Below are positions 52,601 through 61,685 of a stretch of DNA of 64,000 nucleotides, piece after piece; the stretch's first letter is position 1, and each line of letters opens with the position of its first letter. The notes below the pieces were generated by a model that was given only the letters and a program-made list of their open reading frames with translations, was not told where the DNA came from and ran no database searches. Made by a program: the position numbers and the translations under genes. The DNA is from an uncultured bacterium (GTDB lineage: Bacteria > Babelota > Babeliae > Babelales > Babelaceae): the NCBI GenBank assembly GCA_963722385.1, contig CAVRKK010000002.1, positions 960,001 to 1,024,000 on the forward strand, written 5' to 3'.

Positions 52601-53037
52601 CGCAGGATGAATCTGGCGTTCAACTTATACATTTGGCTGTAAGAGGAGAAAGCTTGGAGATTGTTCAATGGCTTATTGAACATGGTGCTAAGCTTAATGC
52701 GCGCGATAAGATGGGAAAAGAACCCATACATTACGCAGCAGAGAGTGAAAATTTAGAAGCTGTTCAATGGCTTGTTGGGCGTGGCGTCAATAGCAATGCT
52801 CAAGATAATAATGGACAAACGCCGCTCCATTATGCAGCAAAAGTAGGATGCTTACTTACTGTTCAATATTTGGTTGAGAGAGGAGCTGATGTTAATGCTC
52901 AAGATAGAGCCGGAAACACTCCTTTAGTTCTCGCAAGCCTTGGACAGCACTCTAAGATTGTTCAATGCTATAAATGGTGCAAAAGGGAAGATGGGAAACC
53001 CAAAACTCATCTGATAGAGCCGGAAACACTCCTTTAG
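49603..53037 (+). CDS. Large exported ankyrin-repeat protein
   Basis: Over 20 ankyrin repeats; N-terminus paralogous to the 19663 ORF (AYG-MEVRPKG...GWQPLH). Confidence 0.93.
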   Translation: MLEYMKLTVLVVCALLGMIPAYGMEVRPKGNKFFEYVKKGDLEALSAFLGYKRSAKSLDLGVRDGAGWQPLHCAVESGNMQIVRLLIRYGADVNAQIEDNEGERPLHLAARAGNEEIILDLVAAGASPDLADNNGRLPIYYAENILALSVGSSGSSVGSVKNIRAKTADRQIKREMAGRLSITIEEHNQRLLDALLRGDFVTAQLLYEQAGNVNFQDAFGNQLIHHVVNQGSITALEWLLVYGADINARNRDGNRPVRIAALKGHAQIVQWLIKQGASLNDQDEQKPKAKERIDSPSFSDTVLPTVSKETNFEISLRHLKRYYMIHEVLIDAAKQGNIRRAQNALAAGAQIDARDNHGRTPMHHAAREGHIHFIKWLINQGAQVNDRDNIGQEPIHEAAYGGYGVHLEIVQLLVEHGAQIRACDDWKREPIHFAAAKGFLDIIQWLFEHGADICAQDGHKNQAIHWAAHAGQLEVVKSLISGAASKQRQSGTIGAEAGERVMDSNALERERGKIYDEYSDEYHKIYDEYSGEYSITGEYSIKYKGGADINARGEDDRTPLHEAASEGHLKLVEWILYYGGGADLNAEDSEGRTPLHCAASKGHLSIIEFLSKRGADLSKSDSNGLMPIHYAVIGGHLEVAQWISGQPTTRAPGSKTHVERGFRSSCQELMTYAAQGGHLDILRWVSSGAESTDWDDCRHIAASKGHLHIVKWLILMDKGYSDRALHYAAEGGHLAVLKWLAEWKFKLNFNDDLLEIEAAFAGDSVNSSGHNEFSSGAHFGSPCPYLLGGYTTSASRLEAYTFPRPTITDEVNRRDPQGRTPLHFWVKHNDLPGLEWLIEQGANINAQDYDGYGVLHRAAQAGNLEVVQWLVEQGADLTALTNDLLSPVDVAETAGHLSISQWLSEKKKELHFPRSKRLLSKADQQRVNKYLEDALVKRDVKLVQNALGAGANVKNYAFLFDVLRKTLFGLNKEGLGGVSFGETDLGIIKLLIDNGFDINAQDESGVQLIHLAVRGESLEIVQWLIEHGAKLNARDKMGKEPIHYAAESENLEAVQWLVGRGVNSNAQDNNGQTPLHYAAKVGCLLTVQYLVERGADVNAQDRAGNTPLVLASLGQHSKIVQCYKWCKREDGKPKTHLIEPETLL

Positions 53038-53076
53038 TCTCCTGAAGCCTTGGACAGCACTCTAAGATTGTTCAAT
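52903..53076 (+). repeat. Imperfect ~65-bp direct repeat at the 3' end of the ankyrin gene
   Basis: GATAGAGCCGGAAACACTCCTTTAGT...AAGCCTTGGACAGCACTCTAAGATTGTTCAATG at 52903 and 53013. Confidence 0.9.
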
Positions 53077-53105
53077 GGTTAATTGGGCGTGGTGCTAAAA
53101 TCGCG

Positions 53106-53300
53106 CTAGACTTTGCGCTTATTTTTTGAAATAATTGAGTTTCTTATGAGGAAAAAAACTACGCAATCACCGATTGTTGATCCGTTTAATTGAGCAGACG
53201 AAGCATAACTTGTACCTGTCAGCCGGCATAGTGCTCGCACCTGAGTAGCACATAAAAACAAGATGCCTAATAAAAAATACTTAAAATAATAAGCGGACAT
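53106..53300 (-). pseudogene. N-terminal fragment of a beta-propeller surface protein paralog
   Basis: Signal peptide then LCRLTGTSYASSA versus LCRLVGESYASPA in 30393 ORF. Confidence 0.6.
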
Positions 53301-53621
53301 AACCTACCCCCTATGCAATCTTCTTTGAAATGACTTTTATTTTAGAAAATATTTTATTCATAGTCGAACTAAAGAAAGGCAGGCCTAGAGAGACTTTTAG
53401 TATAAAAATTTTAAAACATCTTCCTCTACTCCTTATATTAATAATTTTTTTAGAATAAAGTCAAAAAATTTAAAACTTGCTGATACGTTCGTTAGCTTCA
53501 CGATAAATTTGTAAAAAATATAAAAATTATTAATACATTTCACTATTTTTACTGCTGGAAGTGGCGTGCTATTTACGGTACTATAGGAGATTATTATACA
53601 TTGCTGCGAAGGTTTACCAAT

Positions 53622-54911
53622 ATGACTAACGAATACGTTATTATTGAGCAATCTCCTGCTTTACAAGGAGCTGTCGAAGTTGTGGGTGCTAAAAATGCTG
53701 TGTTAGTCATTATGGCATCGCTTATCTTGGCTGCGGGCAAGTCGCGGTTGAGCAACGTGCCTGCTTCAACAGATGTTGGCCATATGCAAGAGCTTTTATC
53801 AAGCCTAGGAGCCTCGATTACTTTTGATGCAAATACCGGAGTTATGGAGGTAGATACGAGTAATCTTCGGTCGGTGCGAGTTAGCCATGAAAGTATGAAA
53901 AAGATGCGGGCATCTATTTTGGTGATGGGACCGCTCTTGGCGCGTTTTGGGCTGGCCGAGGTCGCCTTGCCTGGTGGCTGTGTTTTGGGTGCACGCCCTA
54001 TAGATTTTCATCTAAAAGGGTTTATCGCTATGGGAGCTGATATAGAGACGCACGGTGAATTTGTTAACGCACGCGCGTGTGGTTTGCGTTCAAAACGTAT
54101 CATTCTTGAGTACCCCAGTGTCGGGGGTACGGAAAACATTCTGATGGCAGCAACCCTTTCTCAGGGAATTACCCATATCGTGAATGCCGCGCTTGAGCCA
54201 GAAGTTATAGACTTGATCGCGGTATTGAAAAAGATGGGAGCTCTTATTGAGATTGTGCCACCGGCGACGATAGAAATTGAAGGCGTGCGGCATTTGCGCC
54301 CGCTCGAAAATCATGTCATTATGGCTGATCGCCTTGAAGCAGGTTCGCTCTTGGTGGCAGCAGCAATGACGGGTGGAACTATAGAAGTGCGGCATGCACC
54401 CGCCTTCGCTATGGAAGTTTTTTTGGATAAGCTTGCCGAAATGGGTCACCGCATAGAAGTTGGACATGATGGGGTGGGTGTTTCGCTCGTCGCAACAAAA
54501 AATCCACGTTGCGTTTCGCTTAAAACGATGCCCTACCCAGGATTCCCAACGGATTTGCAGGCTCCTATGATGGCGGCACAATGCCTTGCTTCAGGGGTAA
54601 GTGTTATTCATGAAACGGTATACGAAAACCGCTTAGTGCATGTGCGGGAACTGCAGAAGATGGGTGCGCACATTTCTCTTGATGGGAACGTGGCGACGAT
54701 TAAGGGAAGTGACGCGCTTTATGGCTCTCATGTCATAGCACCTGATATACGAGCTTCCGCCGCACTGGTAGCGGCAGGGCTTGTAGCGCAAGGCCAGACA
54801 ATAATGACGGGCGTGCATCACTTGCGCAGAGGTTATCAGGACTTTGACCGCAAACTGTCGCAGCTTGGTGCTCGTATTCAGATTCGTCAGCACGACTTGG
54901 CTAGCTTATAA
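53622..54911 (+). CDS. murA: UDP-N-acetylglucosamine 1-carboxyvinyltransferase
   Basis: GAKNA, MRAS, LPGGCVLGARP, SVGGTEN, PGFPTDLQ, DIRA, RGY. Confidence 0.97.
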   Translation: MTNEYVIIEQSPALQGAVEVVGAKNAVLVIMASLILAAGKSRLSNVPASTDVGHMQELLSSLGASITFDANTGVMEVDTSNLRSVRVSHESMKKMRASILVMGPLLARFGLAEVALPGGCVLGARPIDFHLKGFIAMGADIETHGEFVNARACGLRSKRIILEYPSVGGTENILMAATLSQGITHIVNAALEPEVIDLIAVLKKMGALIEIVPPATIEIEGVRHLRPLENHVIMADRLEAGSLLVAAAMTGGTIEVRHAPAFAMEVFLDKLAEMGHRIEVGHDGVGVSLVATKNPRCVSLKTMPYPGFPTDLQAPMMAAQCLASGVSVIHETVYENRLVHVRELQKMGAHISLDGNVATIKGSDALYGSHVIAPDIRASAALVAAGLVAQGQTIMTGVHHLRRGYQDFDRKLSQLGARIQIRQHDLASL

Positions 54912-55737
54912 ACCCGCCGATAAGATCCGTCAGTTCACGAGTGATAATAGTCTGACGAACTTTGTTATAATTAAGGCGCATAGTAGTAATCATGTCGTCA
55001 GCGTTACGTGTCGCGGAGTCCATTGACAGGAAGCGAGAAGAGGCTTCAGCAAGCAAAGAATCAGTGAGAATGGAAGCGATTCGCGCGCGGAGTACCAGAG
55101 TGCCTATTGCGTGTATTGTTTCTTGGTATGATTGCTCGCGCAAAGCGCTGTTAAGCATATCAGGAGAGGAGCAAGCCGCAAACATATCGCGGGTTAGCAT
55201 AATGCGCTCATGGGTATGTATAAAAAATGTTTTAGGCCGTGTCGTATAGATAACGATGGCATCATAGAGGCCAGAAAGGACGAAAGAAACAAGCTCATCG
55301 GTCAGTGAGGTGATTTCATGAGCGCTAAAGCGGTCATATGATAAGGTAGGACCGATTTCTTGGTAGAGCAGGGTCTCCTTCATCTGCTTGCCAATAACGA
55401 GAACATCGTATTCAATAGACAGAGGTGGTTTATGGTTTTTGAAATAGTAGGCAAGGCTCGTATTAAAATTGCCACATAAGCCTTTTTGTGATCCAACGAT
55501 AACAAGGAGTTCTTGACGGTTGCCTGTTGGCTCGCTTTCTTGGCACGCCTCGGGGTGCTGGCTTGGTATAAGGGCCGTAAGAATGCGATTGACTTCGGCC
55601 GTATACTGGTCTAAGGCGGCTTTGGTAGCTTGAAGGCGCCCATGTGATGCTTTGGCGATAAGCCTCATGGCATTGGTAGTTTTTTGGATTGCTTGTGTTG
55701 CTTTAATTCGCTGACGCAATTGCGTGAGAAGGGACAT
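54901..55737 (-). CDS. atpG: F1 ATP synthase gamma subunit
   Basis: IQKTTNAMRLIA, KGLCGNFN, RFLSMDSATRNA, YNKVRQTIITREL. Confidence 0.93.
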   Translation of the reverse strand: MSLLTQLRQRIKATQAIQKTTNAMRLIAKASHGRLQATKAALDQYTAEVNRILTALIPSQHPEACQESEPTGNRQELLVIVGSQKGLCGNFNTSLAYYFKNHKPPLSIEYDVLVIGKQMKETLLYQEIGPTLSYDRFSAHEITSLTDELVSFVLSGLYDAIVIYTTRPKTFFIHTHERIMLTRDMFAACSSPDMLNSALREQSYQETIHAIGTLVLRARIASILTDSLLAEASSRFLSMDSATRNADDMITTMRLNYNKVRQTIITRELTDLIGGFIS

Positions 55738-55834
55738 GCGTAAAACCCTAATAAAAACTTTGATAAATATGCTACTCATTAATAATGTACGATGACTGTC
55801 GGTAGTTTGCAAGGGCTATAACAACAAAACGCGC

Positions 55835-56422
55835 ATGGTTATACTTATAGATGCTTACAATATGCTTAAGCAACTGCTTAAGGGCGATTATATAGACGAG
55901 AGCCAACAGAAAAAGTACCTTGAACGCCTGTCTACCTATGCTCAGGCAAAAGGGCATACGCTTATTGTCGTATTTGACGGTGGTTCGAGTAAGTGGCCAA
56001 ATAAAACGATTCAGGGGCCGCTTGAGATTATTTATTCGGGTTGGCAAATAAGTGCTGATGAGGTTATTAAGCAGCGCATACCGTTATTGCTTCCCGATAA
56101 TGCCGTGCTCGTGACCTCTGATCGCGCGTTGCGCGATTATGCAAGCCAAGCCCATATAATTTCTATTGAACCCCTCACGTTTAGTTATTATAGTAGAATA
56201 AGATCCGCTGCTCGGCTCTCTCTTATAAAAGACGCAAGCGAGCCCCATAAGCTTGTCGGGCATCAAAGCAGCCGCGAAGTTGATGAGCTCATGAAAAGCG
56301 CGAGCAGCATTATGCTGCAGAAAGATACTACGCAGCACGAAGATGGCCATCCAAAAAAACAAGGGGCACATAAGCTTTCCAAGCAAGAAAGAAAACTTGC
56401 CCGCATTATGAGTAAATTATGA
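55835..56422 (+). CDS. NYN/PIN-domain RNase (YacP-like)
   Basis: LIDAYN, VVFDG, SADEVI, VTSD. Confidence 0.88.
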   Translation: MVILIDAYNMLKQLLKGDYIDESQQKKYLERLSTYAQAKGHTLIVVFDGGSSKWPNKTIQGPLEIIYSGWQISADEVIKQRIPLLLPDNAVLVTSDRALRDYASQAHIISIEPLTFSYYSRIRSAARLSLIKDASEPHKLVGHQSSREVDELMKSASSIMLQKDTTQHEDGHPKKQGAHKLSKQERKLARIMSKL

Positions 56423-56847
56423 TTCATGAATTGGTTTATACCCTCGACACGATTGATAGCGTTGCTGAAGATATCTATGCGTTTTTGCCTATAGTATCAG
56501 TCCTTACGTTTACCGGCGACTTGGGAGCCGGCAAGACGACGCTTATTCAAGCACTTTTGCGAAAGTGTGGTATTTTTGATATCGTTCAAAGCCCAACATT
56601 TACGTACCTCACAACCTACACAAATGCTCAAGGCCAGACATTTTATCATTTTGATCTCTACCGCATAAAGTCGCTGCAGCATTTTCATCAGGCCGGCTTT
56701 GAAGAATATTTGTATCAGCCCTTAAGCTGGGCGCTCATCGAGTGGCCTGAGGTTATCATGCCCCTGGTGACCAAACAAGCCTGTCACTTCAGCATCGAAT
56801 ATTATGGCCAAGATCGTCGGCGCTTACGGTACGCCATTTGTAAATAA
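56419..56847 (+). CDS. tsaE: tRNA t6A biosynthesis ATPase TsaE
   Basis: GDLGAGKTT, SPTF, HFDLYR, IEW. Confidence 0.96.
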   Translation: MIHELVYTLDTIDSVAEDIYAFLPIVSVLTFTGDLGAGKTTLIQALLRKCGIFDIVQSPTFTYLTTYTNAQGQTFYHFDLYRIKSLQHFHQAGFEEYLYQPLSWALIEWPEVIMPLVTKQACHFSIEYYGQDRRRLRYAICK

Positions 56848-56933
56848 TTATATTAAATATTGCTATTGGTATTTAATAATTGCTATTCTTAGGGTAATGT
56901 AATTTTATGAGCATTACTTACCTAAGGAGTAGT

Positions 56934-57425
56934 ATGAATACGTATAAACTGATTTTGGGCATTGCATTTTTGGCCTTTAGTAGCGTACACGCTGAGGAGT
57001 TAGGAATGGACACGCCTATTGTAACTTCCAGTGCGCTGCCATGCACAGGTAAACCTATTGGTTCTCTATGCATGATTAAAAAGTTCTCCGCGGGCCGGGT
57101 AACGAAAATAAAAGGAAAATGTATTGCGGGGGTTTGTCAGCCGATAAGTTTTGCCGTAACGATTAAAAATGGGACCAGCCCGCAAGCGCCATGGCATATT
57201 ATATGCGTGGTACCTGAAACAAAGAAGCGGGTGTTTGTTGAGGCCGGTGAGACAGAGTGGTTGAATGTTGGCCAGGGCAATGAAGTTGTTTGTACACCCT
57301 GTAGTTCTTTTGGCCGCTGCAGTTCTCAACAAGAGCTCAGGATCATTCCTGCCGCTGCGCGTGGTTTTGAGTGGGACGGCAGCAAATGGATTGATTTTAA
57401 GCCAAAGGTTATCAATTGGCGGTAG
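56934..57425 (+). CDS. Exported Cys-rich hypothetical protein
   Basis: SD AAGGAG, signal VHA-EE, 8 Cys in the mature part. Confidence 0.7.
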   Translation: MNTYKLILGIAFLAFSSVHAEELGMDTPIVTSSALPCTGKPIGSLCMIKKFSAGRVTKIKGKCIAGVCQPISFAVTIKNGTSPQAPWHIICVVPETKKRVFVEAGETEWLNVGQGNEVVCTPCSSFGRCSSQQELRIIPAAARGFEWDGSKWIDFKPKVINWR

Positions 57426-57432
57426 CGCTGAT

Positions 57433-57993
57433 TTAAGTTCGGGTATTATCGATTAAGCTGATATCTATCGGTATTTTATCAATGAGCTGGGCAACCTCAT
57501 TCGCCTGAACGAGGGCTTGTGCGTTTTGCCATAACCATGCTCGTTGGCCATTGGATGCTTCGTAAAACATTTGGAGCGCAATTGGAAAGCCGATGGTGAA
57601 TCCGAAGGTGCCTATACTGAGTAAGAGCGTGCTGCCGACATAGGTAATACGAGGTGAATTATACTCGACGATATGACCTCGTAATCGAGGCAGTTGCTTT
57701 TGGGCAAGATAGAGACCTAAGCCGGTCGCAAGTAAGCCAAGCGTTATACAATAAATTGCTGGCGGTTCTTCGATGCGGTTCCTGATTTTGTCAATAAACT
57801 CTTGTGCGATATCTTGCAGCGCAGATTTTTCAGCAAGAGTTAACGAATCCGGAAGCATATTGTATACTTTTTCGACATCTTGCGCGGCAATGGCGCTTTT
57901 AATGATGTCTAAAAAAGAACATGGTGTGCCCAATAGCCATGTTGGTAAAAGAGCAGTAATTATGAGTAATCGATAGAAGCCACTTTTCACCAT
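57433..57993 (-). CDS. Hypothetical membrane protein
   Basis: Signal peptide and two hydrophobic segments. Confidence 0.6.
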   Translation of the reverse strand: MVKSGFYRLLIITALLPTWLLGTPCSFLDIIKSAIAAQDVEKVYNMLPDSLTLAEKSALQDIAQEFIDKIRNRIEEPPAIYCITLGLLATGLGLYLAQKQLPRLRGHIVEYNSPRITYVGSTLLLSIGTFGFTIGFPIALQMFYEASNGQRAWLWQNAQALVQANEVAQLIDKIPIDISLIDNTRT

Positions 57994-58162
57994 GCCACTG
58001 AATCCTTTGATTTCTTTCTAGTATGGTAAAAGGAGCGAGGAGTTGTCAATTGGAACGCTTATAAAATGTATAATATTTATGGCTTAAGGGAGCTTATTGC
58101 ATTGACTTGATTGATTTATATATTGATATATCATATATTAATATATATATTTGGTAACTTAT

Positions 58163-58455
58163 ATGATTCAATTGTTTTCTAATAAGGGTACTCGGGATAT
58201 CTTCGAAGGAGCTAACTCAAAGTACGCGAGAAAAAAACTTGATTCTGCTCTGCATGCGATTGCTCATCGCAAGTTAGATATGCTTAATGCTGCTTGTACT
58301 TTGCAAGATCTTGAGGTGCCACCATCAATCGCCTTGAGGCTCTGAAGGGTAATATGGTAGGGAAGTATAGTATCCGCATTAACGACCAATATAGAATTGT
58401 ATTTTATTGGAATAAGCATGGACCTGAAAAAGTTGAAATTATGGATTACCATTAA
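58163..58455 (+). pseudogene. higB: HigB toxin (RelE/ParE family), frameshifted near 58327
   Basis: ...RKLDML..DLEVPPS then shifted frame [33 protein letters not shown]. Confidence 0.9.
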
Positions 58456-58469
58456 TATTAAGGTAAAAT

Positions 58470-58802
58470 ATGCTTCCTAAGAACCGTAGACCTGTGCATC
58501 CTGGAGAAATTTTGTTAGTCGAGTTTCTTCGGCCATTGGGTTTATCCCAGGAGCAATTTGCAAAGCATTTAGGTAAAACATGGACGCAGCCTAAAGTTAG
58601 CGAAGTCGTTACCGGTAAAAGGCGTATTACCGAGGCTATAGCGCTTGATTTTGCTGATGCATTTGGTACGTCGCCAGAGTTTTGGATGAATCTTCAGTAT
58701 CATTATGATCTTTGGTTTGCGCTGCAAAAGCGAAAGCCAGTTTCTTTGCTTCCGGAGCTCAAGAAAATCGATCACTCTTTTTTTAAAAAGCGTGAGGCTT
58801 AA
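58470..58802 (+). CDS. higA: HigA antitoxin
   Basis: PVHPGEILL, HTH, FGTSPEFWMNLQ. Confidence 0.95.
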   Translation: MLPKNRRPVHPGEILLVEFLRPLGLSQEQFAKHLGKTWTQPKVSEVVTGKRRITEAIALDFADAFGTSPEFWMNLQYHYDLWFALQKRKPVSLLPELKKIDHSFFKKREA

Positions 58803-58873
58803 TAATAAGCCATTGTTCCGTGTAAGTATTTGATAAAGTTATGCTCACTTACAGCGTGAAGAATAAAAGCGTT

Positions 58874-59275
58874 TTACGGTGATTTTTGTGGTAGATCAGA
58901 CGTGTTGCGAACGTCATTCGCTATGTCGAAAAGTTTTGAGATAACGAGCAGCACACTTGTTCCAGCAGCGGCGGTTACAATGCCATGGGAGCGAACGAAA
59001 ACAAGGTAAAGTGTGGATATAAGGGCAGCTTGTGCTAACCGTCGAGCAGCGTAAAAACTTTTTTCTAACAGATTATCAAGTATGCAAGATGTTGGTTGTC
59101 CTACTATTTTTTCTTCAGATATTGGTTTTTGATAGGTCTGGGTTTGATCTTGGCTAAAACATTGCCAAGAAGATATAAGCGTGGTAATTACGATGAGGGG
59201 ATAGGTAATATTAATGGCCATGGTTAGTATTATCGTATTTTTGATCATGCTATGATAAAAAATGAATGCCGTCAA
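58874..59275 (-). CDS. Hypothetical membrane protein, start uncertain
   Basis: Signal-like segment and hydrophobic hairpin. Confidence 0.5.
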   Translation of the reverse strand: MTAFIFYHSMIKNTIILTMAINITYPLIVITTLISSWQCFSQDQTQTYQKPISEEKIVGQPTSCILDNLLEKSFYAARRLAQAALISTLYLVFVRSHGIVTAAAGTSVLLVISKLFDIANDVRNTSDLPQKSP

Positions 59276-59301
59276 GGAGCTCGAGTTTTAGGCTGGCTTG
59301 T

Positions 59302-60432
59302 TTAATCGCAGAATTCTTTGGCAGCATCTGCTAAATGATTAGCAAGATTATGATGGTTTGGGCTTCGTATCGGTTCATCGCGCAAGTCTAAAATATAAGC
59401 GACTAACTCAATGGGCAACCCCGTTGCTTCAAGGAGCGCTTGCTCCTCTTGACTTCGCAAAGCTATGTTTATCAAGTCTAAAATTTCTGCGCGACCGCGT
59501 AATAGGGTGTCTGATCTACGATTAAGCATGACGGGGTGTTGGGAAAGTTCTTGACGTACTCTTGTCAGGTCAAGATTGAGGTTATGTGCCCAATCAAGAA
59601 TAAGTATACGTACAACAATATTGGTATGCCCGTGGGCTGCCGCGCCGAGCAAGGCTTTGTTCAAGGCAGCTCGTGCATTAGGATGTTGCAGATCAATTTT
59701 AGCGAGTAATAGATTAAAAATGCTCTCGTGATTTTTTAGGGCAGCATTTACCAGTGCTGAGTGAAAAGCTTTATCTTGGAGAAAATACCCTAGATTGTCC
59801 AAAATGTAGGTTGCTACTTCATCATATGCTTGTGCAGCTGCGATAACAAAGGCATCGTTAATAATTTGGATGTCTTCTTGGTTATCAACGGTACTGAGCC
59901 CTGCTGCAAGGCTTTCAAGGCGTGATAGAACCATGTTGCTTCGTAACGTAAGATAATAAAGTAATGAGTTATAGCCAAAAAGGAAACCGGGAACGTCGCT
60001 GCCATAAGGATTAGCGCCATAATCTATAAGTAATCTTGTTATATTCGTTGGCCAAGGAAGACTGCCGTCTATAAAGTTATGCTCATGAGTAGGCCGGAAG
60101 GAATGTCCATACTTATTATACGAGGAAGCTCTTTTGAATGGTCCATATGATATATTTTCCATGAGTTTCTTGTAATACGAGAGCTCATCCAAAATGCTTT
60201 GAGGCGAACAACCACGCGCAATCGCTTGCTCAACGAAATTTATGTCATCATTGCGAAAAGCAGTACGAAGTGAGTTTTTAAATTCTTCAGGATCTTGAGC
60301 GAATGAAATTTGTCGATGTTTGGGAACCTCTTGGCTTCTGCCCAATAGTTTTCTGAAATATTCCATGCCGTGGCAGGGCATTGCGCAAAGGACTCCGCAG
60401 ATGAACAGTAAAGCAATTAATTTTCTAAGCAT
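59302..60432 (-). CDS. Exported ankyrin-like protein with F-box-like motif near the C-terminus
   Basis: LLIDYGANP, AFVIAAAQ, AAAHGHTNIV, LPIELVAYIL; related to 43702 and 45302 ORFs. Confidence 0.78.
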   Translation of the reverse strand: MLRKLIALLFICGVLCAMPCHGMEYFRKLLGRSQEVPKHRQISFAQDPEEFKNSLRTAFRNDDINFVEQAIARGCSPQSILDELSYYKKLMENISYGPFKRASSYNKYGHSFRPTHEHNFIDGSLPWPTNITRLLIDYGANPYGSDVPGFLFGYNSLLYYLTLRSNMVLSRLESLAAGLSTVDNQEDIQIINDAFVIAAAQAYDEVATYILDNLGYFLQDKAFHSALVNAALKNHESIFNLLLAKIDLQHPNARAALNKALLGAAAHGHTNIVVRILILDWAHNLNLDLTRVRQELSQHPVMLNRRSDTLLRGRAEILDLINIALRSQEEQALLEATGLPIELVAYILDLRDEPIRSPNHHNLANHLADAAKEFCD

Positions 60433-60619
60433 ATCGAATCCTAAAATCTATTTAAATTTCATTTATACAGATTATAATAATTGAAAAGTTGCAATGTGTC
60501 AATTTTTATTCAGGAGTAGTGATTTGTCGCCAAGTAAGAGGGCGGAGCTTTTCTGCGCAGGAGAGGACGGTAAAATGGTTGCAATAATTCCAGAAAAATA
60601 TATTCTATAACAGTGAATT

Positions 60620-60706
60620 GGCGAGATTCCCGAGTGGCCAAAGGGAGCGGACTGTAAATCCGCTGGCGTGATGCCTTCGTAGGTTCGAATCCTACTCTCG
60701 CCACCA
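60620..60706 (+). tRNA. tRNA-Tyr(GTA)
   Basis: CTGTAAA anticodon loop, long variable arm, encoded CCA. Confidence 0.97.
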
Positions 60707-60824
60707 GTCTTCCATCGAGTCTTGTATAAATATTGACTTTTCGATCTGTATTTTCGTATATTTGTATATAACGAGTGAGCCCTTCGGGTTATTTGACATG
60801 AAATATTTAACAGGAGTAATAAGA

Positions 60825-61673
60825 ATGATTAATTATATAAAATTTATGGCGATCCTATCGTTGGCTTTACTGGGGGGTCTGCCAACTCATGCGCAAGAGC
60901 TTGTTGCCCCGGCGGAGATAGCAGAAAGCCGTGAAACGCGCGAGGTCCCAGCATTCGAAGGGATATCGGCGAATGCTAGAGCCCCTATTTCAATTAGTGT
61001 AGGTCAGCCCCAAAGTATTACGCTTATGGGTGCCAAAGAAGATCTTGAGCGTATTTCGCTTGAGGTTGAAGATGGCATCCTGATGATTAGGCAAGAAGCA
61101 GATAATGTTATGGGCATAGGCGAAGGATTCCAAGCTATATATTCGAGTGGGCGAAGTATGGTTTGTAATATGGATAAGGGGACTTTTGTTTGCACCTGTG
61201 ATGGGAAAGAATGTGATTTAGGTCAACGCAAGATTCAAGGACCGGTAGAGATTTTTATTACGGTTCCTGATCTTAAAAGTATTACTCTCGCTGGTGTGAG
61301 CACGGCTACTATTGATAAGGTGAATCGGAACGATTTCGTTGTTAAATTAAGTGGAAGCAGTTATTTGACGCTGCCTGACGTCCGGTTGCGAGATCTTGAA
61401 GTAAGGTTATCGGGTAATGGAAGGCTTCAGGCCCGAGGTTTAGTGGTGAATATGGGCTTGCAGTTGAGTGGTTCAAGCAGCATCGATGCGAGTGATTTGG
61501 TTGCTCAGGACGCTGATGTTGAGGTATCAGGATCTGCTCACGCAGAAGTTAATGTGCTCAAGAAGTTAGATGCGCGTGCTTCTGGCGTGGGAAGCATTCT
61601 CTATCATGCAGTAGGGAGACTTGTTGTTTCCGAGAGAAGAAGCGGAATGGGCTCTATACAAAAAATTAAATAG
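60825..61673 (+). CDS. DUF2807/GIN-domain putative adhesin
   Basis: Signal peptide, VEDGIL, PDLKSITLAG, SGS beta-solenoid repeats. Confidence 0.85.
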   Translation: MINYIKFMAILSLALLGGLPTHAQELVAPAEIAESRETREVPAFEGISANARAPISISVGQPQSITLMGAKEDLERISLEVEDGILMIRQEADNVMGIGEGFQAIYSSGRSMVCNMDKGTFVCTCDGKECDLGQRKIQGPVEIFITVPDLKSITLAGVSTATIDKVNRNDFVVKLSGSSYLTLPDVRLRDLEVRLSGNGRLQARGLVVNMGLQLSGSSSIDASDLVAQDADVEVSGSAHAEVNVLKKLDARASGVGSILYHAVGRLVVSERRSGMGSIQKIK

Positions 61674-61685
61674 AGAAGGACATTT

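Noticed and set aside
60510..60704. 64-aa ORF
   Set aside because: Antisense to tRNA-Tyr
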